DNA from: Candidatus Poseidoniales archaeon
Lineage (GTDB): Archaea; Thermoplasmatota; Poseidoniia; Poseidoniales; Poseidoniaceae
Direction: 5' to 3'
Assembly: GCA_003602645.1 (NCBI GenBank)
Contig: QQSI01000017.1
Coordinates: forward strand, 24,040-74,465
Length of the DNA: 50,426 nt
The position numbers and the translations under genes were made by a program. Positions 26,999-35,284 of this stretch are shown here, in pieces (the stretch's first letter is position 1; each line of letters opens with the position of its first letter). The notes beneath the pieces are model-generated. The model was not told the origin of the DNA. It ran no database searches and saw only the letters and a list, made by a program, of their open reading frames with translations.

Positions 26999-28375
26999 AT
27001 GGTTGACCAACTCCCAAATCTGGGCCGCGAGGCCGAAATGCTTGCCACTATGGGGATGTCCTCAATGGAGGATTTATTCTCTGATATTCCGGAGGAAGTT
27101 CGCATGCGTGGAACACTCCCTCTCCCTGACGCTCAGTCGGAAGAAGAGATCATTGCAGATGCCCGGAGACTGCTCGGCTCGAACGTCGCATTAGGCGAAA
27201 GGGTCTCGTTTTTGGGTGCTGGACTTTACCGGAATTATGTCCCGGCGTCGGTGTTTCAATTGATCACCAGGGGCGAATTCCTAACCTCCTACACGCCTTA
27301 CCAACCGGAGGTCAGCCAAGGCATGCTCCAGGCTATGTGGGAATTCCAAACCCTGATCTCAGAACTTGTTGGCCTCCCTATCGCCAACCTTTCGCTTTAC
27401 GATGGCTCGACGGCTGCCGCCGAAGCCATCACATGCAGCGTGCGTGTTCATGGTCGAAAAGCCACACAAAAGAACACCGTCTATGTTTCAGAACTCACCC
27501 CACCAGATCGAATGTCGGTGATGCAGAACTACTGCCAAGGTGCAGAAATCAAAATCAAAATGCTGCGTCACAATCCAGACGGAACCCTAAATTTGTCTTC
27601 CGCCAAAGAGGCAGCAGGATCGTGTGGTGTCTATGTTGAACAGCCAAATCCAATCGGCGTGCTTGACGGTGGTTTGCCTCTGCTAAAGGAAATCATCGGG
27701 GAGCACACGGCGCTCATTGTTGGTGTCCAACCTATCTCTCTTGGGATTGTTGAAGCACCCGGTAATTACGGTGCAGACATCGTTGTTGGCGAAGGACAGC
27801 CTCTTGGTAGTCCAATTACTGGAGGCGGGCCAATCTACGGCATTTTCGCTTGCAGCAAACCCTACCTTCGACTGATGCCAGGGCGCATCGTTGGTCGAAG
27901 CATCGATGTTGACGGTAAAGAGGCATACTGTCTGACGCTCTCTACCCGTGAACAGCACATCCGACGTCATCGAGCAACATCAAACATCTGCACAAATGAA
28001 ACCCTCATTGCGCTCATGGGTGCGATGCACATGGCGTTGCTTGGACCTGAAGGCTTGCATGATCTGGCTGTCCGTAACATGGCTGCCTGCACCCTCGGGA
28101 AACAGAAGTTGGCGGCCATTCACGGTGTGAGCCTGCCTCATCAATCAAGTCACCACTTCCAAGAATTCGTCATAGAGTTGCCCGGTCAAGCCAGCGACTG
28201 CCTTGCTTACCTCGACAGCGTTGGAATCGTTGGTGGCTTCGACTTGGCTCGCTGGTATGCAAACCGCCCGAACTGGTTGCTTGTGTCCTTTACAGATCAA
28301 TCCCGTGCTAATGAAATTGAATTGCTTGCAGCACACATCGAAGCATGGGCGGCAAGTCAGGGGGTGAGTGCATGA
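26999..28375 (+). CDS. gcvPA: Glycine dehydrogenase (decarboxylating) subunit 1
   Basis: N-terminus REAEMLATMGMSSMEDLFSDIP, then FLTSYTPYQPEVSQGMLQAMWEFQTLI. ATGA-type overlap with gcvPB. Confidence 0.93.
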   Translation: MVDQLPNLGREAEMLATMGMSSMEDLFSDIPEEVRMRGTLPLPDAQSEEEIIADARRLLGSNVALGERVSFLGAGLYRNYVPASVFQLITRGEFLTSYTPYQPEVSQGMLQAMWEFQTLISELVGLPIANLSLYDGSTAAAEAITCSVRVHGRKATQKNTVYVSELTPPDRMSVMQNYCQGAEIKIKMLRHNPDGTLNLSSAKEAAGSCGVYVEQPNPIGVLDGGLPLLKEIIGEHTALIVGVQPISLGIVEAPGNYGADIVVGEGQPLGSPITGGGPIYGIFACSKPYLRLMPGRIVGRSIDVDGKEAYCLTLSTREQHIRRHRATSNICTNETLIALMGAMHMALLGPEGLHDLAVRNMAACTLGKQKLAAIHGVSLPHQSSHHFQEFVIELPGQASDCLAYLDSVGIVGGFDLARWYANRPNWLLVSFTDQSRANEIELLAAHIEAWAASQGVSA

Positions 28376-29871
28376 GTCACCTGTTCGATCACCACGGGGC
28401 CCCAGGCAAGGGTTATTCTCAACCCGCTCCGGTTCTTCCTGCTACAGAAATCAGCGTTCCCTCCTCCCTTGTTCGCAAGCAAGCAGCAAGATGGCCACGA
28501 ATTTCAGAGCCTGAGATGGTCCGCCACTACACTTGGCTGTCAAAGCGGAACTTCGGTATTGATACCGGATTCTATCCACTCGGTTCGTGCACTATGAAAC
28601 ACAATCCAAGAATCAACGAAGTCATTGCTCAACTTCCAGGTATTGCTGACATACACCCGCATCAACCCGAACATCACCTTCAGGGCTTGTTGTCCATCTA
28701 TCACGAGATGCAGCACATGCTCGAGGTGTGTGCTGGAATGGATCAAGTAACCCTCCAACCCGTGGCAGGTGCTCAAGGAGAATTCACCGCAGTTCGTTGC
28801 ATTCAGGAATACTTCCGATTGCGTGGTGAAGACCAACGAACGAAAGTGATTGTGCCCGATTCAGCACACGGAACCAATCCAGCAAGCGCTGCAATGTGTG
28901 GTTTTGAAATCGTTGAAATCCCAAGCCGAACAGACGGCCGCATTGACCTTGATGCCTTGCGGGCTGTAGCTGATGAGACCACTGCGGTGATGATGATCAC
29001 AAATCCAAACACCCTCGGACTGTTCGAAGCTGACATCCTCGAAGCCTCTGCCATTGTTCATGATGTTGGCGGGCAGATGTACTACGATGGTGCGAACTTC
29101 AATGCTATCCTGGGCATTACTTCACCGGGATTGATGGGCTTCGATGCTGTGCATTTCAACCTGCACAAGACCTTCAGTCAGCCGCACGGTGGTGGCGGGC
29201 CAGGTTCTGGTCCAATTGGAGTCAAAGCCCATTTGGCAGATTTCTTACCAGGTCCAATTGTCAAGAAGCGCCCCATCATGGGCGATGAGGCAAAGCATGC
29301 CATAGAGGACATGTGGTTTGGTTGGTACGAACCAGTTCACAGCATTGGTAAAGTTCAGCAATGGCACGGCAACGCAGGCGCAGTGATTCGATGTTGGGCC
29401 TATTACCGTCGATACGGGAACGGTCTCAAAACCATGTCTGAGCATGCTGTTCTCAATGCAAATTACCTGCGTCATGCCCTCCATAGAGAAGCCGAAAAAG
29501 CAGGTGTCTCTGACATGATTGTCGACGGTGCTGAAACAGATGTGGCAAAACACGAATTCACAATTTCACTTGGTCCGGCAAAAGAAAGCCACGGCATCTC
29601 AGCAATGGACATCGCCAAGGGTTTGCTGGACATGGGTTACATGGCACCGACCGTCTATTTCCCACTCGTCGTCCCTGAATGCATGATGATTGAACCAACT
29701 GAAACCGAAAGCAAGGAAACGCTCGATACCTTTGCAGAAGATTTCGCCAAGGTGCTTCAAGTCGATGCTGAAACGTTACATGCAGCGCCGATCACAACTC
29801 CTGTTCGACGCGTCGATGAGGTCTACGCTGCACGTAATTTGTGCTTGCGCCACCCGTACGACGAAGATTGA
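28372..29871 (+). CDS. gcvPB: Glycine dehydrogenase (decarboxylating) subunit 2
   Basis: GSCTMKHNP and the PLP-lysine block HFNLHKTFSQPHGGGGPG. The ATG at 28372 overlaps the gcvPA TGA. Confidence 0.93.
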   Translation: MSHLFDHHGAPGKGYSQPAPVLPATEISVPSSLVRKQAARWPRISEPEMVRHYTWLSKRNFGIDTGFYPLGSCTMKHNPRINEVIAQLPGIADIHPHQPEHHLQGLLSIYHEMQHMLEVCAGMDQVTLQPVAGAQGEFTAVRCIQEYFRLRGEDQRTKVIVPDSAHGTNPASAAMCGFEIVEIPSRTDGRIDLDALRAVADETTAVMMITNPNTLGLFEADILEASAIVHDVGGQMYYDGANFNAILGITSPGLMGFDAVHFNLHKTFSQPHGGGGPGSGPIGVKAHLADFLPGPIVKKRPIMGDEAKHAIEDMWFGWYEPVHSIGKVQQWHGNAGAVIRCWAYYRRYGNGLKTMSEHAVLNANYLRHALHREAEKAGVSDMIVDGAETDVAKHEFTISLGPAKESHGISAMDIAKGLLDMGYMAPTVYFPLVVPECMMIEPTETESKETLDTFAEDFAKVLQVDAETLHAAPITTPVRRVDEVYAARNLCLRHPYDED

Positions 29872-29915
29872 AATCAAAGCGAATGCCGTAAATACGGTAG
29901 CAGGTTGGGCAGAGT

Positions 29916-30584
29916 ATGGAACTGCGTGACTTCTCCAAAAGAGGTTGGACGCGCGTCAAGTTGGAATCGAGGGCCTCCGTTGCATTGTTTCCAATTGCAT
30001 GGGGGCTTCTGCCCATCGCTTTCGGGTGGCTTATGTGGTTCACCGGAACCAACGTGGATTGGGTCCCCTACCTTGGTGTTGCAGGAATGCTTCTCATTAT
30101 GATGGGCGGACTTGCAGGTCTTTCCTCACGCATGGGGTCTCTTGGAGCAACCAGGGTTGGTATTGGCTTGTTTTGCGTGACCTTCTCCATTGTTGCCTGG
30201 GCGCTTGTCAGCCAAGGTTCGTTTCCTACCGTTGGCGGGCTTGTGTTTTCGTCCGCAGCCGTCATTGCCTTGGTCAAAGGCTTGGATGTCGTGTTCAAAG
30301 ACGGCGGTTATGTGTTTGAGCGACCTTGGAACCCTAAGGTGCGGCTGCCTGTTGATTCACTGTTGGGATGGGAGATCAAAACCACACGGTTCAATCAGCA
30401 ATCGATGGCCGTTAAGCGGTTTGGCTCTAATCAATTCGTAACAATTTACGGCCGCATGGTCAATAATGATGCATATCTGTGCTTTGATGTGCTTGGCTGC
30501 ATCGACAAAAATGAGTTTGAATCGTTGAAGTTCACTATTGATCTCGATGGGTTCGATGAAGCCATGAACGATGCTGAAGAATGA
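29916..30584 (+). CDS. Hypothetical membrane protein (4 TM plus a C-terminal soluble domain)
   Basis: Hydrophobic segments LFPIAWGLLPIAFGWLMWF, VAGMLLIMMGGLAGL, IGLFCVTFSIVAWALV and VGGLVFSSAAVIALV. No family recognised. Confidence 0.6.
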   Translation: MELRDFSKRGWTRVKLESRASVALFPIAWGLLPIAFGWLMWFTGTNVDWVPYLGVAGMLLIMMGGLAGLSSRMGSLGATRVGIGLFCVTFSIVAWALVSQGSFPTVGGLVFSSAAVIALVKGLDVVFKDGGYVFERPWNPKVRLPVDSLLGWEIKTTRFNQQSMAVKRFGSNQFVTIYGRMVNNDAYLCFDVLGCIDKNEFESLKFTIDLDGFDEAMNDAEE

Positions 30585-30654
30585 TGCTTTTCGTCGTTCT
30601 GGGGCAAGAATATCAAGAGACATCTTGATGAACCACCCGCGCCGGCATCGACTC

Positions 30655-31134
30655 ATGGATGTTACCATACTCTTAGGCTCGTCATCTGACCTACCGATAG
30701 CCGAAAAATGTACGAAAATACTCGACCACTTTAGCGTGACCTACCAACTTCGTGTTGCAAGCGCTCACCGCTCACCAGTGTTCGTTGAAGAAATTATCAA
30801 TCAAGCCGAAGAGGATGGCTGTCAAGTCTTCATCGCCATGGCTGGTCTTGCTGCTGCACTTCCTGGTGCAGTTGCGGCATTGACCACCAAGCCAGTCATC
30901 GGTGTGCCGTGCGGTGGCCGTGTGCCATACGACTCGCTTCTTTCGATCGTCCAACTTCCACCCGGTGTTCCAGCAGCAACTGTTGGTGTTGACCGAGGGG
31001 ATAACGCTGGTTACCTTGCTACCCAAATTCTCGCTCTCAAGAACCCGACTTATGCCGCAGCACTCAAACAAAACAAACTCGATCAAGTCGCTCGAGTCAA
31101 GGCTCAGGATGCAGAAGTCAACGGGGGACAGTGA
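30655..31134 (+). CDS. purE: N5-carboxyaminoimidazole ribonucleotide mutase PurE
   Basis: ILLGSSSDLPIAEK, VASAHRSP, AGLAAALPGAVAALTTKPVIGVP. ATG at 30655. Confidence 0.9.
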   Translation: MDVTILLGSSSDLPIAEKCTKILDHFSVTYQLRVASAHRSPVFVEEIINQAEEDGCQVFIAMAGLAAALPGAVAALTTKPVIGVPCGGRVPYDSLLSIVQLPPGVPAATVGVDRGDNAGYLATQILALKNPTYAAALKQNKLDQVARVKAQDAEVNGGQ

Positions 31135-32085
31135 ATGTTCGATACCTCGGAGTTTATCGAGGAATCCATTGCTACACTCCGAGAAACCATTGACGACATT
31201 GCCATTATTGCATGCTCCGGCGGTGTTGATTCGACCGTTGCTGCAGTTATTGCCAACCAAGCTGTTGGTGAACTGCTGCATTGCGTCTATGTCGATACAG
31301 GCTTCATGCGAAAAGGTGAGACCGAGGATATCGAAGCATTGCTGGCCGCCCAAGGCATCAAGAATCTCGTGACCGTTAAGGCAGCAGATCGCTACTTTGA
31401 GGCGCTCCAAGGCGTCACAGAGCCTGAGCAAAAGCGGAAGGTCATCGGTGAATTATTCATCCGGATTTTTGAGGATGAACAGGAAAAGGTTGGAGCGAAA
31501 TACCTTGTTCAAGGCACCATTGCACCGGATTGGATTGAGTCTGGTGGTGGCGTTCGCGACACCATCAAATCGCATCACAACGTTGGTGGTCTTCCCGAAG
31601 ACATGACGCTAACTGTCGTCGAACCTTTGCGCGATTTGTACAAAGACGAAGTTCGTGATTTAGCCAGAGCACTCGAGATCAATGTGGCAGAACGCCAACC
31701 GTTCCCTGGGCCGGGACTTGCTGTTCGTACCCTTGGTGAACTCACACCAGATCGAGTGGCCGTTGTGCGAGAAGCGTGCGCCATTGTTGAAGAAGAATTC
31801 GAGGCAGCTGCGGCCGCAGGTGAAATGGAACTTCCATGGCAATACTTTGCAGCCTTGCTTCCGGTTCGCAGCGTCGGCGTTCATGGCGATGTTCGTGCCT
31901 ATGGTGAAACCATTGTCGTCCGTGCCGTACAATCCATGGACGGTATGTCCGCCCGGTACTCAGAGATTCCTCATAGCATCTTGCAGAAGATCAGCACCCG
32001 AATCACAAACACCGTCAAGGGTGCAGTCAATCGTGTGGTCTATGACATCACCCATAAGCCACCTGGCACAATCGAGTGGGAATAA
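31135..32085 (+). CDS. guaA: GMP synthase subunit B (ATP pyrophosphatase; archaeal split form)
   Basis: PP-loop CSGGVDS, the HHNVGGLPE block and a C-terminal dimerisation domain ending KPPGTIEWE. There is no glutaminase domain, so this is the split archaeal type. Confidence 0.92.
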   Translation: MFDTSEFIEESIATLRETIDDIAIIACSGGVDSTVAAVIANQAVGELLHCVYVDTGFMRKGETEDIEALLAAQGIKNLVTVKAADRYFEALQGVTEPEQKRKVIGELFIRIFEDEQEKVGAKYLVQGTIAPDWIESGGGVRDTIKSHHNVGGLPEDMTLTVVEPLRDLYKDEVRDLARALEINVAERQPFPGPGLAVRTLGELTPDRVAVVREACAIVEEEFEAAAAAGEMELPWQYFAALLPVRSVGVHGDVRAYGETIVVRAVQSMDGMSARYSEIPHSILQKISTRITNTVKGAVNRVVYDITHKPPGTIEWE

Positions 32086-32105
32086 ACTCGGAAGGGTTCA
32101 ATTTA

Positions 32106-32178
32106 CGCCGATTGTGGGGCTCGAACCCACGACCTTGGGATTAACAGTCCCACGCTCCACCAGCTAAGCTAAATCGGC
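32106..32178 (-). tRNA. tRNA-Asn (anticodon GTT)
   Basis: The reverse complement folds as: acceptor GCCGATT/AATCGGC, anticodon arm TGGGA-CTGTTAA-TCCCA, T-arm GTGGG-TTCGAGC-CCCAC, discriminator G. No encoded CCA. Confidence 0.9.
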
Positions 32179-32200
32179 AACCTTGGCCAATCGCCTCCCC

Positions 32201-32205
32201 TTTAT
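32201..32205 (-). promoter_or_regulatory. TATA-like box for tRNA-Asn
   Basis: The minus strand reads CATAAAGG, with ATAAA 23-27 nt upstream of the tRNA 5' end at 32178. Confidence 0.35.
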
Positions 32206-32227
32206 GACGGCTTCGGGGCGTTCACTC

Positions 32228-33547
32228 TCATTCGACGACCTTGATGAGCCGTTGGTTGCCCTCAATTTTTGTCAAGGAGAGGTTCAGGGCGTGGTCAAGG
32301 GCTCTTTTCTGAGAAGGTGAAATTGGCTGGTTATGATGAATCTCACACCAAGCACTCCCACTTTGAAGTTCTCCGCCCTTTGCGGTAAGAAGGACACAAC
32401 CGACCGCAGAATCAATGGTATCTTCAATGTTGAAACGTCCAGCACCGTGTTCACGGAGCACTTCCGCAATCAGCATTGAATCAATGGATTCAACCCAACC
32501 ACCGCTTTTTGATTTGAATACTGTGACATGGCGCGCAGATTCAAGCACTGATTTTGGATCTTCCAACAATTCTGATGCCGCTTGGGGCGTCACACCTTGT
32601 GCGATGCACATGCGTTCAAACCGCTTAGCAGCGGTGCCATTGCTAAGCGACTGACTGATGCGTTGTTCGCCTTCCAATTGAGTTGAGACTAAGCCAAGGA
32701 GTGCCAGGATGGCTCCACCTTGCAAGGCCACAAGGTCGTGTGTGTCCTTTGTCCCCCGTCCATTCAACACCTCGACGCTCTCCAACACCTCGAGCGCATT
32801 GCCAATATGGCTACCAATCGGTTCGTCCATCTCGGTGATCTGGGCGATGGTATTGATGCCCAACCCCTTTGCGGTGTTGACCATTGAACGGGCCAATTCC
32901 GTTGCTTGCTCTTCGGTTTTCATGAATGCAGCTTTGCCGCATTTGACATCAAGCACAAGTGCCTTAAGTCCCTCAGCCGCCTTTTTCGATACGATTGATG
33001 CGGTGATGAGAGGAACGCTGTCGACGGTGTTGCTGACGTCTCGGATGGCGTACAAAAGGCCGTCAGCAGGCGCTATGGCATCATTTTGTGCTGCTATGCA
33101 ACATCCAATTGCATCCACGCAATCCCTCATTTCCGAGGGGGTGAGCTGGCAATTGAATCCGGGGATGGATTCCAATTTGTCAATTGTTCCGCCGGTGTGG
33201 CCAAGCCCACGGCCGGCTAACATGGGCACTTCCACACCACATGCTGCAAGGGCTGGCGCTAGCATCAGCGACATTTTGTCACCGACACCGCCAGTGCTGT
33301 GTTTGTCAGCAATAGGTCGGCCTTTGTCCCAAGTGAGCACAGCACCTGAGTGCATCATGCCCTTGGTGAGCGACACCGTTTCTTTGACTGAAATACCATG
33401 CTTGTGTACGGCTTTGAGCCAGAGGGTGATGGTGTCCACAGGTAATTTTCGTTGAGCGACTGCATCGATGAACGCTGCGAGGTCTTTGGGGTCCATTTCT
33501 CGCCCATGGTCTACGGCGTTGCATAAACGGGATACAAGATCGCTCAT
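32228..33547 (-). CDS. deoA: Thymidine / pyrimidine-nucleoside phosphorylase
   Basis: 439 aa. HSTGGVGDK and AGRGLGHTGGTIDKLE motifs. Its ATG overlaps the stop of the upstream oxygenase gene (ATGA). Confidence 0.9.
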   Translation of the reverse strand: MSDLVSRLCNAVDHGREMDPKDLAAFIDAVAQRKLPVDTITLWLKAVHKHGISVKETVSLTKGMMHSGAVLTWDKGRPIADKHSTGGVGDKMSLMLAPALAACGVEVPMLAGRGLGHTGGTIDKLESIPGFNCQLTPSEMRDCVDAIGCCIAAQNDAIAPADGLLYAIRDVSNTVDSVPLITASIVSKKAAEGLKALVLDVKCGKAAFMKTEEQATELARSMVNTAKGLGINTIAQITEMDEPIGSHIGNALEVLESVEVLNGRGTKDTHDLVALQGGAILALLGLVSTQLEGEQRISQSLSNGTAAKRFERMCIAQGVTPQAASELLEDPKSVLESARHVTVFKSKSGGWVESIDSMLIAEVLREHGAGRFNIEDTIDSAVGCVLLTAKGGELQSGSAWCEIHHNQPISPSQKRALDHALNLSLTKIEGNQRLIKVVE

Positions 33548-34512
33548 GCTTCATCCTCTGGTTCTGCCAGACCAATCTCGACCAAACGTTGATGCAAGTA
33601 GGCACCCGCAGTGATGGATGGATAGAGAGGTTTGCCTCCTGTTTGGGCGATGAATTCCGGGCGAGGCGTCAAATCAATGTCATTGCGAGGATGCACAAAC
33701 ATCGGCATCGAGAATCTCCGACTGGTCGTGTCTTTGGGATTCACCACTCGGTGGGTCGTTGACTGGAACAAACCATTGGTGAGGTTTTGGAGCATGTCAC
33801 CCGAATCGACGATGATATAGCGTGCATCACCTTCCACTTCAATCCAACTTCCATCATGGTCCATCACTTGGAGGCCATCAGCGGTTGCTGTGACAAGCAA
33901 GGTGATTAGATTGATGTCTTCGTGAGCGGCAGATCGAACAGCGCCCGCAGGTGCGTGTTCGCCCACCGGAGGATAGTGTATGATTCGCATGATGGTGTTT
34001 CCTTCTTGGCTCATTTCCCCTAGCCAATGTTCTTGATGGCCCAAGTAAAGGCTGCATGCTCCAAGAATTCGTTGAGCCAGTCCTTCCATTCGATTGAATA
34101 AGTCATCGATCACACCTTTGAATTCGGGTGCATCTGCTTCTGGCCATACGTTGGCTGGGTAGGTTGGTTGTGGTCCTTCACCAGTGTGCGTTCTTCCATT
34201 TTGCCAGAATTCTTTCAGATCAGGTGCATCGTTATCCTTTGCGTGTTCGACACCGAAGGCTGTGTAGCCGCGTTGATGCGAAATTTCTGGCTGTAAATAG
34301 CGTTGTTTGGTGGTCTTTGGTAATGAGAAAAAGACATCACTTTGCTCATAGGATTGTTCAATCAGGTCCAAATCAATCCCGTGATTTTTGAGAGCAAAGA
34401 AACCGATGTCCTTCAGTGAATCTCCAACGGCTTGAACAAAGCGCTCCTGCTGGTGCTTATCTCCAAGTAGATCGGCGAAATCAACCGTTGGTATTCGGCG
34501 GCTCACATTCAT
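33544..34512 (-). CDS. 2-oxoglutarate/Fe(II)-dependent oxygenase (IPNS/DIOX_N-type)
   Basis: N-terminal IPTVDFADL. Fe ligands HED (AAHEDINLITLL) and a distal H (STTHRVVNP). 2OG-binding RFS. Its ATG overlaps the BI-1 stop (TGATG). Confidence 0.85.
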   Translation of the reverse strand: MNVSRRIPTVDFADLLGDKHQQERFVQAVGDSLKDIGFFALKNHGIDLDLIEQSYEQSDVFFSLPKTTKQRYLQPEISHQRGYTAFGVEHAKDNDAPDLKEFWQNGRTHTGEGPQPTYPANVWPEADAPEFKGVIDDLFNRMEGLAQRILGACSLYLGHQEHWLGEMSQEGNTIMRIIHYPPVGEHAPAGAVRSAAHEDINLITLLVTATADGLQVMDHDGSWIEVEGDARYIIVDSGDMLQNLTNGLFQSTTHRVVNPKDTTSRRFSMPMFVHPRNDIDLTPRPEFIAQTGGKPLYPSITAGAYLHQRLVEIGLAEPEDEA

Positions 34513-35258
34513 CACTGATCCCTAATCTTAGAGAGGAGTCTTAGCATTTCGAAGTAGACCCAAATAACGGTGATTAACAATCCGAATGCAGCCCACCATT
34601 CACCAGATTTTGGTGAGTTGTTGCTGATACCGCGCTCAATAAAGTGAAAGTCGAGGATCAGATTGAGTGATGCAACACCAAGAATGAACAAAGTCAACAG
34701 AATACCCAGAGGTCCCGAGGAATGGAGGAAGGGTACGCCTAAATTTGTGAACAGCGACAGAACGATTGACACCATGTACATGGCGAACACGCCGATCGTG
34801 AGGGTGATGACGACGGCTTGGAATGCAGGTGTCGCTTTAATGATTTTAGTTGACCAAAGGAAATACATGACGCCGATGATACAGACTGTGCCTAAGCCAG
34901 CCTGCAAGACAATTCCGGAATATGCTCCTTCATACACAAACGATACTCCACCAATGAGCATACCTTCAAACAAGGCGTAACAGATCGCCCCTGGTGCTGG
35001 ATTTTTTGGCCTCGCAAAAATCATCACCAATGCGGTGATGAGACCACCCACGAATCCAATTCCCGAGAGAAGGGCCATTGCCAAAAGGTTTCCAGATGCG
35101 CCTAAAGAAACGGTCACTAGGGCAGTAAGGATTGTGATGCCAAACAGAACGCCAATCTTCTGCATTGTCCCTTCATAGGACATGGTTTCGTAGCCGGGGA
35201 TGTTGCTCCAAAAATTGTTGGACAACACTGGGTTGCTCGTCGAGGTGACTGCTCGCAT
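34512..35258 (-). CDS. Bax inhibitor-1/YccA-family membrane protein
   Basis: N-terminus MRAVTSTSNPVLS is typical of the BaxI_1 family. 6-7 TM helices and a charged C-terminus LRLLSKIRDQ. ATG at 35258; the track start 35288 is TTG. Confidence 0.75.
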   Translation of the reverse strand: MRAVTSTSNPVLSNNFWSNIPGYETMSYEGTMQKIGVLFGITILTALVTVSLGASGNLLAMALLSGIGFVGGLITALVMIFARPKNPAPGAICYALFEGMLIGGVSFVYEGAYSGIVLQAGLGTVCIIGVMYFLWSTKIIKATPAFQAVVITLTIGVFAMYMVSIVLSLFTNLGVPFLHSSGPLGILLTLFILGVASLNLILDFHFIERGISNNSPKSGEWWAAFGLLITVIWVYFEMLRLLSKIRDQ

Positions 35259-35284
35259 GGCGTGAAATGCCAAGAGGTCCCTTG

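Noticed and set aside
28345-28371. Upstream start for gcvPB (track start 28345)
   Set aside because: The ATG at 28372 gives the classic ATGA stop/start overlap with gcvPA and a typical GcvPB N-terminus. The upstream extension lies inside gcvPA.
30772-31431. 219-aa minus-strand ORF
   Set aside because: It is entirely antisense to the confidently identified purE and guaA genes. The Cys/Asn-rich composition is implausible.
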